From: Candidatus Thorarchaeota archaeon
GTDB lineage: Archaea; Asgardarchaeota; Thorarchaeia; Thorarchaeales; Thorarchaeaceae
Assembly (NCBI GenBank): GCA_004524445.1
Contig: SDNP01000005.1
Coordinates: 1-64,000, forward strand
DNA length: 64,000 nt
Direction of reading: 5' to 3'
In this document: piece by piece, positions 1 to 10,513 of the stretch
Layout of the letters: each line of letters begins with the position of its first letter
Position numbering within the stretch: the first letter of the stretch is position 1
The notes under the pieces: model-generated
Told to the model about the DNA's origin: nothing
The model's database searches: none
The model's input: only the letters and a program-made list of their open reading frames with translations
Translations under genes and position numbers: made by a program

Positions 1-1
1 T

Positions 2-259
2 ATGCTGAGTGGCATCATCACTACCAAGACCTGCTAATCCAATTACATCTTGCTGTGGCGGAAATAAGAACACCAAGACGCTTCCAGAAACAATTCCAAC
101 AATCAATGACGAACCTACAACATGAAATGCGAATGGAACAGCACGCTCTACCCAGCCGACAGGAAATGACACATAGGACTGAATTACGAGGACAAGTGCA
201 ATACTAGCCGCGCCAATGAAAAAGCCCCTCCAGCTGAAGAACTCATACTTCATTGACAT
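2..259 (-). CDS. Partial membrane protein running off the window start (N-terminal 86 aa visible)
   Basis: Not in the ORF track. Manual translation from ATG at 259 gives MSMKYEFFSWRGFFIGAASIALVLVIQSYVSFPVGWVERAVPFAFHVVGSSLIVGIVSGSVLVFLFPPQQDVIGLAG..., open to the edge, with two hydrophobic segments. Confidence 0.65.
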   Translation of the reverse strand, partial: MSMKYEFFSWRGFFIGAASIALVLVIQSYVSFPVGWVERAVPFAFHVVGSSLIVGIVSGSVLVFLFPPQQDVIGLAGLGSDDATQH

Positions 260-452
260 AATACCGTCTGTCACTGCCGGCTCAACTCTCTCCGATTATT
301 ATATGAACGGAGAATATCCCCACCAGATAAAGCTTTGTTTATTCATAGAAAACTCACTCTCAGTTCCTTCTTTGCCGCCGAGAGAGAATATTAGTACAAT
401 GGGTGCTCTATCAGAAAAGACTAAATGCCTAGCATGAAGAGTATAAGCAATC

Positions 453-1169
453 ATGGAGGAGGAATTGATGTCCAACGACCTCATTGTTGATCTGCGAGAA
501 GTTTCTCGAGTATACCATATGGGCGAAGTAGATGTTCATGCCCTTCGTGGGGTAGATTTGCAGGTAAATCGGGGAGAGGCAATTGCAATTATGGGCCCTA
601 GTGGGTCCGGGAAGACTACATTGCTCAATCTGATTGGAGCGCTTGATAGGCCAACTACAGGTCAGGTCATGATTGACGGAGTTGATATAACAAAAATGAC
701 GGAGAAGCAGCTAACGAAGGTCCGTCGTGATAAAATCAGTTTTGTCTTTCAATTCTTCAACCTCCTTCCTGTGTTAACAGCCTATGAAAATGTAGAGCTC
801 CCCCTCCTCATTGCGGGTGTGGAAGAAGACGCAAGGAGAGAAAGGGTTGACTATCTTTTAGAACTTGTCGGGCTTACAGAGCGTGCTGATCATCGTCCTG
901 ATGAATTGAGTGGTGGGGAGCAACAGCGGGTTGCCATATCACGAGCCCTTGCAAAGCCGCCCGGGTCAACTAGTTCTGTTGTTGTTCTTGCGGACGAACC
1001 GACGGGCGATCTCGATCAGGTAACTGGAGAGAGTGTAATGAAGCATTTGGTCAATCTCACAAAGGGAGAAGGGGGAACACTCATCACAGTCACTCATGAC
1101 CCTGAAGCGGCAGAGAGGATGGACAAAGTCTATACGATTCGTGATGGTGCGATTGTGGATGTGAAATAA
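453..1169 (+). CDS. ABC transporter ATP-binding protein, LolD/MacB/SalX family
   Basis: Walker [11 protein letters not shown]-loop FVFQFFNL, signature LSGGEQQRV, Walker [11 protein letters not shown]-switch VTHD. The start may be 468. Confidence 0.95.
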   Translation: MEEELMSNDLIVDLREVSRVYHMGEVDVHALRGVDLQVNRGEAIAIMGPSGSGKTTLLNLIGALDRPTTGQVMIDGVDITKMTEKQLTKVRRDKISFVFQFFNLLPVLTAYENVELPLLIAGVEEDARRERVDYLLELVGLTERADHRPDELSGGEQQRVAISRALAKPPGSTSSVVVLADEPTGDLDQVTGESVMKHLVNLTKGEGGTLITVTHDPEAAERMDKVYTIRDGAIVDVK

Positions 1170-1180
1170 GAGGGTAGAAT

Positions 1181-3991
1181 ATGTCAGCTGTTCCAGTGGG
1201 ATATGAAGCATTTTCAAATATGAGAAGAAAGGGAGTTACGCTCCTAAGCATACTTCTAGCCACCTCAATGGTAATGGGCATTTTTGTCTACGTCGACTCT
1301 TACTCAGTTTATGAATGGGATAATCAGATGGGACAAGTGGGTCCAATCGCCATGTCAGTTCAAGGTCCGGGAATCGCCGCGATGGTTGACGAAGTGAAGG
1401 CTATCGACGGGGTCACGGTTGCAGAATCTATAAGGGGAGTCCACACGGAGTTGCTGGACGTAAATGTGTCCGGAAATAACGGATATGAGTACGAAAGAGG
1501 CATTTGGGGGCTCATTCAAGCACCCAATCAATCGTATATTGAAGCATTTCCTGATGCGTTTACATACCTCGAAGGTCGCCCATCGGAATCAGACAGTGAG
1601 ATCGCAATTCATGAGGCAGCGATGGAACAAATGGATTGGCAATTAGGGGGTGCTGTTAATTTCACATACTGGATTGGTAGTAACTGGGAACGAGAAAGAG
1701 CAGGCAAAATACTTGAGATTGTGGGTATCTATTCACATTACACTGACGCGTACAGCTCCGAATACTACTACTTTGACTTCTACAACAGCCCATTAGCACT
1801 AGTCAATGACAGCAATATATTTGGAACAAATATTGAAAGGCGAGTTGACCTTGATGTTGATCGTAGCCAGCTTTCACCATTCGACGCCCGGGCATCATTG
1901 ACATTCACACAGAATATTGCTGAGGAAATCAAGAGATTCGATAACTGGTATCCGGAACATAGAAGATACTCGGACTACAATGTAAACAACCGAATTGGGA
2001 GCAGAATCAGCTATTTCATGAGTTGGGTCTTGATGCAGAGAATAAGCCAAATTGGAAGGACAACCGGCGTATTTCTATTGCTTATTCTAGTGCTGTTCCT
2101 AACTATTAGGCACAATGTGAACGAACGCAAATTCGAGATGAATATGCTCGTGTCAAGAGGTGCCTCGGAAGGAGACCTAAACAAAATCATTTTCCGCGAG
2201 ATTGTGATTCTCTCTGCGTTAGGCACGGGGCTAGGTTTAGGTGTCGGAGCAATATTCAGTAGAATTGCAAGTATGGCCACAGGATTCTTTCAGTTTAGTC
2301 CAATATTATTCTTCACTGAACCACTCTTGATTACCGTCGATTCAATAATCATAGCTGTCTTGATTGGATTTACGCTACCAGTTGCTACCTACATTCTCTA
2401 TAGAATGGTTTACAAGATGAGAGATGTGGTCACAGAAAGCAAAGGAAAGCTCGCAAAGCTGTCAAGGGGGCTTCGAATGATAAGGTGGGATGCCCTACTG
2501 CTCTCGCTCTCCATTCTGCTCATGATGTTGGTTTACACATCTGACATTGGCGTCCAATATAATCCATTTTTTGGCATGATCTTGGCCATAACCCCGCTCA
2601 CCATCTTCATCAGCTTAGGAAGTCTTACTATCAAACTAGTGAGGAAAGGTGCTGATTTCTTATCAAGACACATGCACAAGTTGGCTGGTGATATATCTGC
2701 GAATATTGGCGTAAGAAGGATCGGAAGAGGTGCCTCATCAGCAGGTCCAGCGATTCTTGTCCTCGTTCTAGCTATTAGCTTGTCCTGGACTAATTCGGTT
2801 ATTGGTGCATCCTTGCCTGTAACAAAAGAAAACCATGCACGTTTTGCATTTGGCGGCGACCTTTCATTTCATCTTGACACCAGTTATCAGACATCATGGG
2901 ACAATTTCACAGCCAATGTTTCCATTCATCCCCAGGTCACAGCAGTATCTCAACTATCAGTTGCTAATCTTTACCTCTCTGCGGGGGCATCGGATGAGGT
3001 CCAAGTCGTTGCAATGAATCCAGATAGCTACCTGAATGTTGGTTACGACTATTTGGGAGCTCCCTTGGAGAATTCCACATTGAAACCAATGTTAGATACT
3101 CTGAGTTCGTCATCTACTGGAGCAATCATTACTGAAGATATAGCCGAAGATTATGAAGTATCTGTTGGAGATACACTGAGAGGCTTTACAATTACGGGAG
3201 AAGATGTAGAGCAAGTGTTTGTGTTCACCATCATTGGCATCACTGCAGCTCTATCCGATGCAACACTGACTGATACTGGGACAGCCCAGGATGACCCCTG
3301 GTGGTGGAGACCAACTGAGGTTGGAGCTACGACCATCTGGGTCAACAGGGACTATATGATGAGTCAATACGACCTTGTGAATAACTCGCAAAATATCCTG
3401 TGTACTCGAGTCATTGACGGGGCAAATACAACGACTGTTATGCACGATATCCTCAATATGTCATCTAGTCCACCGATTCGCCCAGACGGATTTGCCTCTG
3501 TTTCCCTTGAAGTATCGACCTACCTATCTCAGACTGCATTTCAAATAGACAGATCAGTTGATACGATGCTGACGGTAGCAACCACTGCAATAATCTTAGG
3601 AGGCTTTGTAATCTATGCCTTTGAGGGAATCCGAAATAGAAGAAGGGAAATTGCTCTCCTGAGAGCTATGGGAGCAGACAGAAGAGATGTACTTAAGGTT
3701 CAAGCAGCAGAAATGCTGGTGCTAATGTTTATTGGACTAATTCTCTTGATTGGATATTCACCGCTTCTTATCGCAAATACATTGATGACATATTCTACAA
3801 CAACATTCATTTTCCCTGTGAGCATCTATGCTGTGATTCCTTACCTGCAATTGGGAATTATCTTCATATTCTTCACTGCAATGGTGAGCATATTCATCAT
3901 AGCAGTAGCTGCGCTAAGTACAAGGGTTAAGCTATCTGAAGCATTGAATGCTGCATGGGCCGAAACGGGTATCATATGGGGTGAGCAGTAA
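1181..3991 (+). CDS. FtsX/MacB-like ABC permease (duplicated architecture, large extracellular domains)
   Basis: N-terminal TM, large soluble domain, then ERKFEMNMLVSRGAS and RRREIALLRAMGADRRDV FtsX-type motifs, each followed by TM clusters. Lies in an operon with ABC ATPases. Confidence 0.9.
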   Translation: MSAVPVGYEAFSNMRRKGVTLLSILLATSMVMGIFVYVDSYSVYEWDNQMGQVGPIAMSVQGPGIAAMVDEVKAIDGVTVAESIRGVHTELLDVNVSGNNGYEYERGIWGLIQAPNQSYIEAFPDAFTYLEGRPSESDSEIAIHEAAMEQMDWQLGGAVNFTYWIGSNWERERAGKILEIVGIYSHYTDAYSSEYYYFDFYNSPLALVNDSNIFGTNIERRVDLDVDRSQLSPFDARASLTFTQNIAEEIKRFDNWYPEHRRYSDYNVNNRIGSRISYFMSWVLMQRISQIGRTTGVFLLLILVLFLTIRHNVNERKFEMNMLVSRGASEGDLNKIIFREIVILSALGTGLGLGVGAIFSRIASMATGFFQFSPILFFTEPLLITVDSIIIAVLIGFTLPVATYILYRMVYKMRDVVTESKGKLAKLSRGLRMIRWDALLLSLSILLMMLVYTSDIGVQYNPFFGMILAITPLTIFISLGSLTIKLVRKGADFLSRHMHKLAGDISANIGVRRIGRGASSAGPAILVLVLAISLSWTNSVIGASLPVTKENHARFAFGGDLSFHLDTSYQTSWDNFTANVSIHPQVTAVSQLSVANLYLSAGASDEVQVVAMNPDSYLNVGYDYLGAPLENSTLKPMLDTLSSSSTGAIITEDIAEDYEVSVGDTLRGFTITGEDVEQVFVFTIIGITAALSDATLTDTGTAQDDPWWWRPTEVGATTIWVNRDYMMSQYDLVNNSQNILCTRVIDGANTTTVMHDILNMSSSPPIRPDGFASVSLEVSTYLSQTAFQIDRSVDTMLTVATTAIILGGFVIYAFEGIRNRRREIALLRAMGADRRDVLKVQAAEMLVLMFIGLILLIGYSPLLIANTLMTYSTTTFIFPVSIYAVIPYLQLGIIFIFFTAMVSIFIIAVAALSTRVKLSEALNAAWAETGIIWGEQ

Positions 3992-6814
3992 ATGTTTCTA
4001 ATCTCCCGGCTAATGTCTAGAGCTCCACAGGTGTTAGCTACATTCGTGATATTCTCATTATCAGCAGGGGTACTAGGCGGCTTGATTTTTTATGTCGATA
4101 ATGCTGCCCCAGATGTGCTGGGTAATTTCACTGAGGATACGCCATTTGACATGGAGGTTTCCATTACATCGTCATTCTATGACCAAAACACCACATCCAT
4201 CTACGATGTCAGGAGCTCGATGACCTCTGAAGCTATTGTCGATGATTTGGAGAAGGTCAGTTTCATAGATACCTATTATGAAGATGAAGATTATACCGAT
4301 TGGAGATACGAAAACCGAATCTACATTGGAGTAGAAGAATCATTTTTCGAAGAATTTCCGAATGCTATTGAAACAAATGCAGACCACTCGTTGCTTACTG
4401 ATGAAACCTGCTTCGTAGAACAAAACACGATGGACCGACTAGGACTCGAGATTGGTGATGATTATACCGCGTATGTGACCTACTGGTCACCGGACGTAGG
4501 TAGAGTTGAGTATAGTGAAACGTATGAGATTGTTGGAGCGTTCGATTCCAATATCTTCATGGATGAGTATTGGTGGTATTCTGGGCAGGAGCTAATTAGT
4601 CGTCTTCAGATGCTCACAACTACTGAAGGTCTAGCCTCACGATTTGACGAGCTCCCTTACGGTGAATACTCAGGAATACGAGAGGCCTATTGGCTGAATC
4701 TCGACAAAGCATGGATACTCGGCGAAGACCCTGCTCTTCTCATGGAGGAACTCGATAATCTAAGGAAACGCATAGAGCAAGCAGCATTGCCATATGCATA
4801 TGTTTCAGATTATGAGATACTTGACGCCGTAAGAGATTACGTTGCATGGGCAACTGCTATGCGAGCTATTGCAATCTCATTTTCCATCCCCAGTATTGTC
4901 ATGGGAGTGATGTTGGTATACTACACTTCAAACCTATTGGCTGATGAGAGAAGGAAGGACATTGGAACCCTAAAGACGAGAGGCGGGTCCGGATGGCAGG
5001 CATTCAAATGGATAATTAGTAGCTCACTATTAACAGCAACAATAGGGAGTCTCGGTGCTATTGGAACTGGTGCTGTTGCGGCATATCTATCTAGTGCAGT
5101 TAAGCTATTCTTCATATTTGACTTGACACAGCTTACCGGTCTAGAATTCCTGCTTTATCCTCAATCTCTGGCGATAGTATTCGGTTTTTCATTTGGTGTC
5201 GGTATTTTGGTTTCATTACCAATAGCTATCAAGTCATTTCTAATGTCATCAACCGAGGCCCATAGCACAATTGAACGAGAAATACTTCTCGAAGAAGAAA
5301 AAATGGGAAGCCCATGGATTGATTTGGTTGTAATAGCAATCTCCGGCTACGCCACCTTGCAGACTGTAATGTATACATCAATGTTCAGTTACTATGGACT
5401 TTCGGTTCTTGGCATGCTCATTGTACTTGTTCCGTTTCTCGCAGGATTCATCGTGGGATTTGCTAGGCTTCTATCCAGACCAGTGGCTTCTATCAAGGAA
5501 AAGGTTCTCAAGAGGATAAAATTGGATGTATTCCGCGTAGGATCAAGAGTAATGAGCAGGACTGTAGCGCTATTCAAGAAAAGCGAGTCCATGGGCGTAA
5601 TGTTTGTTGCAATGGTGTTTGCTGCGGGCGTCTTTTCCTCCGTATCCGCTTATACTGGACATAATCATATGATTGAAACTTTCAAGTTCCAAGTGGGCTC
5701 CGATGTCACAGTCGATGTGAAAACTGGATTGAACAACGTGACTACCGCCGTCATTGGCAATATTTCTTCAGTTGAAGGGGTCTCTCACGTAAGTGCGGTC
5801 CTAACTGTCACCGGTGCGGTTACGTATTACACTGCTGATCAAGACAACTTCCGAAGATGGAGGAATGAAAGTATAACTGTTTATGCCGCGCAACCGGACT
5901 CATGGTATGATGCTGGATTCTGGCTGCCATATTTCACTAATTCATTACCCCCACAGGAAGCATTACGTCTGATGTCAGAAAACTATACCAATGTTCTTTC
6001 TTCATTCAGACCAGTTGAGGAATATAGTGGATATACGCCAGTTTACGGAGATAGCATCACTGTGCGGCTAAAGGGTGATGGATGGTATAATACATCCGAA
6101 TGTAGTATTGTTGACATAATGGCGGATCCAGGAGTATATACTTCCACAACTTACTTGCCCGGAATGCCCAATACTCGTCAGTTTGTCGTCATGGGTCTTG
6201 ACTATGTTCACGACTGCCTGAACACAACAGAAGTGACACGGTTTCTCATCAATCTAGAAGACCCCTCAGAATATGAAACGGTTATGGATCGACTCTATGA
6301 GCTCGCGCCAAACAGCTTTTCGTCCATTGAATCGCCTTATAGCGATATTAATGCCGCAATTGAATCAAATGCTGGGCAATCAATTCATGGAATCTACACA
6401 ATGAATGTGGTATTTACTCTGATATTCCTATCAGCTGGCATGTTCATTGTTTCATTGATGAGAGCTAACAACCTGAGCAAACAGTTTTCAATTCTCCGGG
6501 CTTTGGGTACCGAAGATAGATCCATCACAGCCTCGGTCCTTGTAGATACGAGCATTGGATTATCGATTGCAGCAGTAATTGGTGCATTTCTGGGCTTTGT
6601 CCTTTCAGGATTCATCATCAATATGCCCATTGTCTATTTTGGAGCAGAAACAGCTAGACTCTGGGCTCGGTTGCCGGTGACCATAGTAATACCCGGCTTG
6701 GTCTTGAGCGGTATCATTATTGCGAGTTTCTCGTTTTCGCTGATAGCTACCTATGTCGTAATACGAAGAACGCTAGACAAGAACATAGCAGAAGACATTC
6801 AATATATGGAGTGA
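3992..6814 (+). CDS. FtsX/MacB-like ABC permease, second paralogue
   Basis: ERRKDIGTLKTRGGS and KQFSILRALG motifs, same layout as the upstream gene. Starts immediately after its stop codon. Confidence 0.9.
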   Translation: MFLISRLMSRAPQVLATFVIFSLSAGVLGGLIFYVDNAAPDVLGNFTEDTPFDMEVSITSSFYDQNTTSIYDVRSSMTSEAIVDDLEKVSFIDTYYEDEDYTDWRYENRIYIGVEESFFEEFPNAIETNADHSLLTDETCFVEQNTMDRLGLEIGDDYTAYVTYWSPDVGRVEYSETYEIVGAFDSNIFMDEYWWYSGQELISRLQMLTTTEGLASRFDELPYGEYSGIREAYWLNLDKAWILGEDPALLMEELDNLRKRIEQAALPYAYVSDYEILDAVRDYVAWATAMRAIAISFSIPSIVMGVMLVYYTSNLLADERRKDIGTLKTRGGSGWQAFKWIISSSLLTATIGSLGAIGTGAVAAYLSSAVKLFFIFDLTQLTGLEFLLYPQSLAIVFGFSFGVGILVSLPIAIKSFLMSSTEAHSTIEREILLEEEKMGSPWIDLVVIAISGYATLQTVMYTSMFSYYGLSVLGMLIVLVPFLAGFIVGFARLLSRPVASIKEKVLKRIKLDVFRVGSRVMSRTVALFKKSESMGVMFVAMVFAAGVFSSVSAYTGHNHMIETFKFQVGSDVTVDVKTGLNNVTTAVIGNISSVEGVSHVSAVLTVTGAVTYYTADQDNFRRWRNESITVYAAQPDSWYDAGFWLPYFTNSLPPQEALRLMSENYTNVLSSFRPVEEYSGYTPVYGDSITVRLKGDGWYNTSECSIVDIMADPGVYTSTTYLPGMPNTRQFVVMGLDYVHDCLNTTEVTRFLINLEDPSEYETVMDRLYELAPNSFSSIESPYSDINAAIESNAGQSIHGIYTMNVVFTLIFLSAGMFIVSLMRANNLSKQFSILRALGTEDRSITASVLVDTSIGLSIAAVIGAFLGFVLSGFIINMPIVYFGAETARLWARLPVTIVIPGLVLSGIIIASFSFSLIATYVVIRRTLDKNIAEDIQYME

Positions 6815-7695
6815 AACACTTGACTGAAAATATCGAAGAAGTTGCAGAAGAGTATAAGCTTGTAGTAAGGGATTTGATGAAGGTCTATCGTAGAGGAATG
6901 AAAGAGGTAATTGCTCTTAGAGGTCTGGATTTTGAAGTTGAGGAATCCGAATTTCTTTCCATTATCGGACCATCTGGTTCAGGGAAGTCCACCCTTCTGA
7001 AAATGCTTGGAGCTTTAGATAAGCCAACTGCAGGAACAATATTGTTTGATGGACATAGTGTCACTCTCCTCGATGATCGTCGAGCCATGCTATATCGGAG
7101 ACAGAAGGTTGGCTTTGTGTGGCAAACGGGAAATCTTGTTCCCGGACTCACTGCAATAGAGAATGTCAAGCTGCCCATGAAACTTGCAGGAGCACCTAAG
7201 GACAAAGCAGAGGAACGTGCAAAGATGTTGCTGGAATCAGTAGGAATGCTTCCACGGAAGAACCACAAGCCGCACCAGATGTCTGGTGGCGAGAATCAGC
7301 GAACAGCAATATGCGTCGCATTGGCTAATAAACCAGAATTATTGCTGGCGGACGAACTGACTGGTGAACTGGATACTGAAACTGCTGAAATTGTAATGGA
7401 AACTCTGAAACAGATGAACAAGGAGTTTGGGACCACAATTATCAACGTTACACATAATCCTAGGGTGGCTGCTTACGCTGGCAGAGTGCTGAGAATCCGG
7501 GATGGTCTCATAGAAGGCCAGCAGCACACGCTTTACGGTGATATCAGTGAGGTAGATGCAAAAGGCAGAATGGTACTTCCTGACACCATTAGACGCCTTG
7601 CAGGCATAAAAAAGCGGGTGGTACTACAGGCCACATCTGAAGGCATTTTAATCAAGCCACTAGATACAGAAAATTTCGAAAATGAAGAAGAATGA
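6811..7695 (+). CDS. ABC transporter ATP-binding protein (LolD/MacB family) with C-terminal AbrB/MraZ-like extension
   Basis: GPSGSGKST, MSGGENQR, LLLADELTG, VTHN. C-terminal EVDAKGRMVLPDTIRRLAGI resembles a swapped-hairpin domain. Confidence 0.9.
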   Translation: MKHLTENIEEVAEEYKLVVRDLMKVYRRGMKEVIALRGLDFEVEESEFLSIIGPSGSGKSTLLKMLGALDKPTAGTILFDGHSVTLLDDRRAMLYRRQKVGFVWQTGNLVPGLTAIENVKLPMKLAGAPKDKAEERAKMLLESVGMLPRKNHKPHQMSGGENQRTAICVALANKPELLLADELTGELDTETAEIVMETLKQMNKEFGTTIINVTHNPRVAAYAGRVLRIRDGLIEGQQHTLYGDISEVDAKGRMVLPDTIRRLAGIKKRVVLQATSEGILIKPLDTENFENEEE

Positions 7696-7767
7696 TTGCT
7701 GTATTACTCCGCATCGATTTGAAAACTCCTAAATAGATTTTCAGTATTCACCAAAAGGGGGTATTCA

Positions 7768-8034
7768 TTGGATGAAGCAGAGCTACCCTGGTCATATTAT
7801 GCCTCAATAGGAACTTCTGGACTATTCTTCTTCTCTTTGAATATGTACATTTTCACCGAGTGGCTCCCGCACCCTCTTCAAAGTCCTCTATGGCTAGTCC
7901 CGACTATTGGAGGATTTGTTGGACTCATCTATTCTATAAGAATGGTGAAAATCCATCAAGCAGAGCTAATATCCCAAAAAAAGGTCCGAAGAATAGTAGG
8001 CCATTTCCTTATCTCACTCGGGTGCCCTCATTGA
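7768..8034 (+). CDS. Small hypothetical membrane protein (2 TM)
   Basis: Two hydrophobic segments, TTG start after a GGGGG stretch. The 3' end overlaps the convergent mscS-like gene by 21 nt. Confidence 0.55.
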   Translation: MDEAELPWSYYASIGTSGLFFFSLNMYIFTEWLPHPLQSPLWLVPTIGGFVGLIYSIRMVKIHQAELISQKKVRRIVGHFLISLGCPH

Positions 8035-8973
8035 TTCCTCGTCTGCTTCTAATTCCTCTTCTGTATGTTCATGTTTTTCAGCTGATGGAGGATGGCGATA
8101 TATGAAAAGCAGCTGGTCCATGAAATCCGATATGTATTCAATCAAGTCTTGTGGCTCGTCAGCCAATACAGTGAATTTGTAGATAATTGCCTGATTAGTT
8201 GTATCCCATACCTGCCAAGTAGGAGCTCCCACGAAGGTATCCGCCCATTCCTCGCAGATCTCATCGAAATTGTCCCTCGCACGCAGGTGATCAAATTGGA
8301 AGTTCAGAGTCAAATCGAAGGTGTATCGATATGCAATCTCCGTATGAGTTATGCCCTTCAGTTTAGCTAATGCAGTGGTAAGAAGTCGCCTTTCTTCCAC
8401 TTCTTTCGTTTTGAAACGGTCATGGGCTACGTCCTTTATGACATCTTTCAGTTCCACTCTGAAGTTTACAATGTCGCTATTTACTATCTTTGTATTTGGG
8501 ATTCTCAAACGAGTTTCATCGGGCTTCAGAATCTTTGTGTAATTCAGTGTGATGCCGGTGACAATGCCTTCATCTTGCCCTATTCGAACATAATCCCCTA
8601 CCCGGAATGGCCGCGCAATCAGAATGTAGAGCCCAGTCACCATGCCAGACACAGCTTGTGCAACAGCTAGACCTATAGCAGCTCCTATAAGAGTAGAGAA
8701 AGAAACAAGAGTTCCCAAATCGGGACCAAATGAATTTACAATCAATATTGCTGCCACCACAACGAAGAGAAGTCTGAAAACAATGACTATGCCTGTTCTG
8801 GCCTCTCCAGAGAGTCCGTATTGTCTTAGACGCCTTGAGATACCTCTGGTCGAAATTGCGTAGATAATCAGCAGTATTATCAGCTCAGCGGCAAGTAAAA
8901 GGAATGGCTGCACCAGCGACAGATTCGAAATAATGAATCCAATCGGATCTTCCAGAAATTCAAGAATTTGCAT
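8014..8973 (-). CDS. mscS: Small-conductance mechanosensitive channel family protein
   Basis: Three N-terminal TMs, then RPFRVGDYVRIG...GIVTGITLNYTKI...IPNTKI, the MscS beta-domain pattern. Confidence 0.88.
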   Translation of the reverse strand: MQILEFLEDPIGFIISNLSLVQPFLLLAAELIILLIIYAISTRGISRRLRQYGLSGEARTGIVIVFRLLFVVVAAILIVNSFGPDLGTLVSFSTLIGAAIGLAVAQAVSGMVTGLYILIARPFRVGDYVRIGQDEGIVTGITLNYTKILKPDETRLRIPNTKIVNSDIVNFRVELKDVIKDVAHDRFKTKEVEERRLLTTALAKLKGITHTEIAYRYTFDLTLNFQFDHLRARDNFDEICEEWADTFVGAPTWQVWDTTNQAIIYKFTVLADEPQDLIEYISDFMDQLLFIYRHPPSAEKHEHTEEELEADEESMRAPE

Positions 8974-9116
8974 TGGTGTGTTCTCCTCCGACTAAAGACT
9001 CTAAGGCAAGTCCTGTGAAACAGAGACCAGTTTTCAAGTATATCATGCTGACCGAATCTTAAGGATTTATGGGACTAGCAAAAGCGAATCACACAGTTCT
9101 ATTAATGCCCACAAAT

Positions 9117-10424
9117 CTACGGGTAAATCCTAGATACGGTTCTGGGGAAAGGAACAACGTCCCTAATATGATCAAGCTTTAGCATCCAAGTAATTAGCCG
9201 ATCTATGCCTACTCCAAAACCTGAATGGATAACACTGCCATATCTGCGAATATCGATGTACCACTTGTATTTTTCAGGGTCATCTCCTATTCTCTTGAGA
9301 TTCTCCAGAAGCTTGTTGACATCATCCTCTCGTTGACTACCCCCAATAATCTCTGCATAACCCTCTGGAGCTAACAGGTCGTTGTTCTTGTAGGTTCTCG
9401 GGTCCTCTTCATTGTGTTTCATGTAAAAGCTTTTGATTTCCTTTGGGTAGAACTCAACAAACAGGAAGTTCTTTCTGTCATCGGTCAAAACACTTTCTGC
9501 CTCTGTACGTAGGTCATCACCCCACTCGATATCTAGACCTTCCTTTTGGCACATCTCGATTGCCTCCGAATATGTAATTCTATCGAAAGGAGTTTGAATA
9601 TCAAGCAGTCTATCGGGCGAGATATCAAGTTCTTCAAGCTCCGACAGCCGGTTTTTAGCTACTGAGTGACAGATGTGAGTTATGAGTTCTTCCTGACGGT
9701 TAATGTTGCATTCGTGGTCGCACCAAGCTTCCTCAGCCTCAAGATGCCAAAACTCTGTCAAATGCTTTCGAGTTCTTGATTTCTCCCCCCGGAAGGATGG
9801 AGCCAGTGTGAATACCTTTTCCATAGCGAACAACTGCGGCTCAAGATGCATTTGTGATGTCTGAGTCAGATATATTTTCTCTCCGAAGTAGTCCACTTCA
9901 AATAGCTCAGCACCCTCTTCTCCGATTGTAGAAACAAACATAGGAGAGGTAGTTTCGTAAAATCCTTTTTGTCGAAGATATTCCCTTGCTGCTCTGAATA
10001 CCTCGTCCCGGACTTTGAGAGCGTTTGTGAGCTTCCTCGATCGCATCCAAAGGTGCCTGTAATCATTTAGCAATTCAATGCTGAGATTTTCTGTCAAAGG
10101 GAATTCCTCTGCGTAATGAAGAACTTCTAGAGAGTTAACTTGAATCTCATATCCCTCCGGTGCACGTTCATCAGCTTTTGCACTACCATGAATGGTGATG
10201 AGCGATTCAATCAGCATCGACTGAGCTGCATCATATTCTTTTTGAGACACATTTCCTTCCTTGATTACGGCCTGAACAACGCCTGATGGGTCTCTTAGTA
10301 TAACAAAGACCATGTTTTTCTGCTTTCGGATACGATGCACCCATCCTCTAAGATAAATGGATTCTCCATCATGTTCTCCATCAAGCACTTCGTGTATAGG
10401 AGTGAACACTTTCATGAATATCAC
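9117..10424 (-). CDS. asnS: Asparagine--tRNA ligase (archaeal type)
   Basis: OB-fold GWVHRIR, YLTQTSQMHLE, motif 2 FRGEKSRTRKHLTEFWHLEAE, EIIGGSQR, motif 3 HSGFGVGIDR. Matches archaeal AsnRS rather than AspRS. Confidence 0.92.
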   Translation of the reverse strand: MIFMKVFTPIHEVLDGEHDGESIYLRGWVHRIRKQKNMVFVILRDPSGVVQAVIKEGNVSQKEYDAAQSMLIESLITIHGSAKADERAPEGYEIQVNSLEVLHYAEEFPLTENLSIELLNDYRHLWMRSRKLTNALKVRDEVFRAAREYLRQKGFYETTSPMFVSTIGEEGAELFEVDYFGEKIYLTQTSQMHLEPQLFAMEKVFTLAPSFRGEKSRTRKHLTEFWHLEAEEAWCDHECNINRQEELITHICHSVAKNRLSELEELDISPDRLLDIQTPFDRITYSEAIEMCQKEGLDIEWGDDLRTEAESVLTDDRKNFLFVEFYPKEIKSFYMKHNEEDPRTYKNNDLLAPEGYAEIIGGSQREDDVNKLLENLKRIGDDPEKYKWYIDIRRYGSVIHSGFGVGIDRLITWMLKLDHIRDVVPFPRTVSRIYP

Positions 10425-10513
10425 TTCAGGCTGTTTTAATCAACTCAATTGTTGAATGAGCTAACAGGCCCTGTACGATTATGGATAAAAGGCTGACGGC
10501 TTGTATCAGCCAA

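Noticed and set aside
9117-10424. Non-discriminating aspartyl-tRNA synthetase
   Set aside because: Motif 2 (EKSRTRKHLTEFWHLEAE) and EIIGGSQR match AsnRS rather than AspRS.
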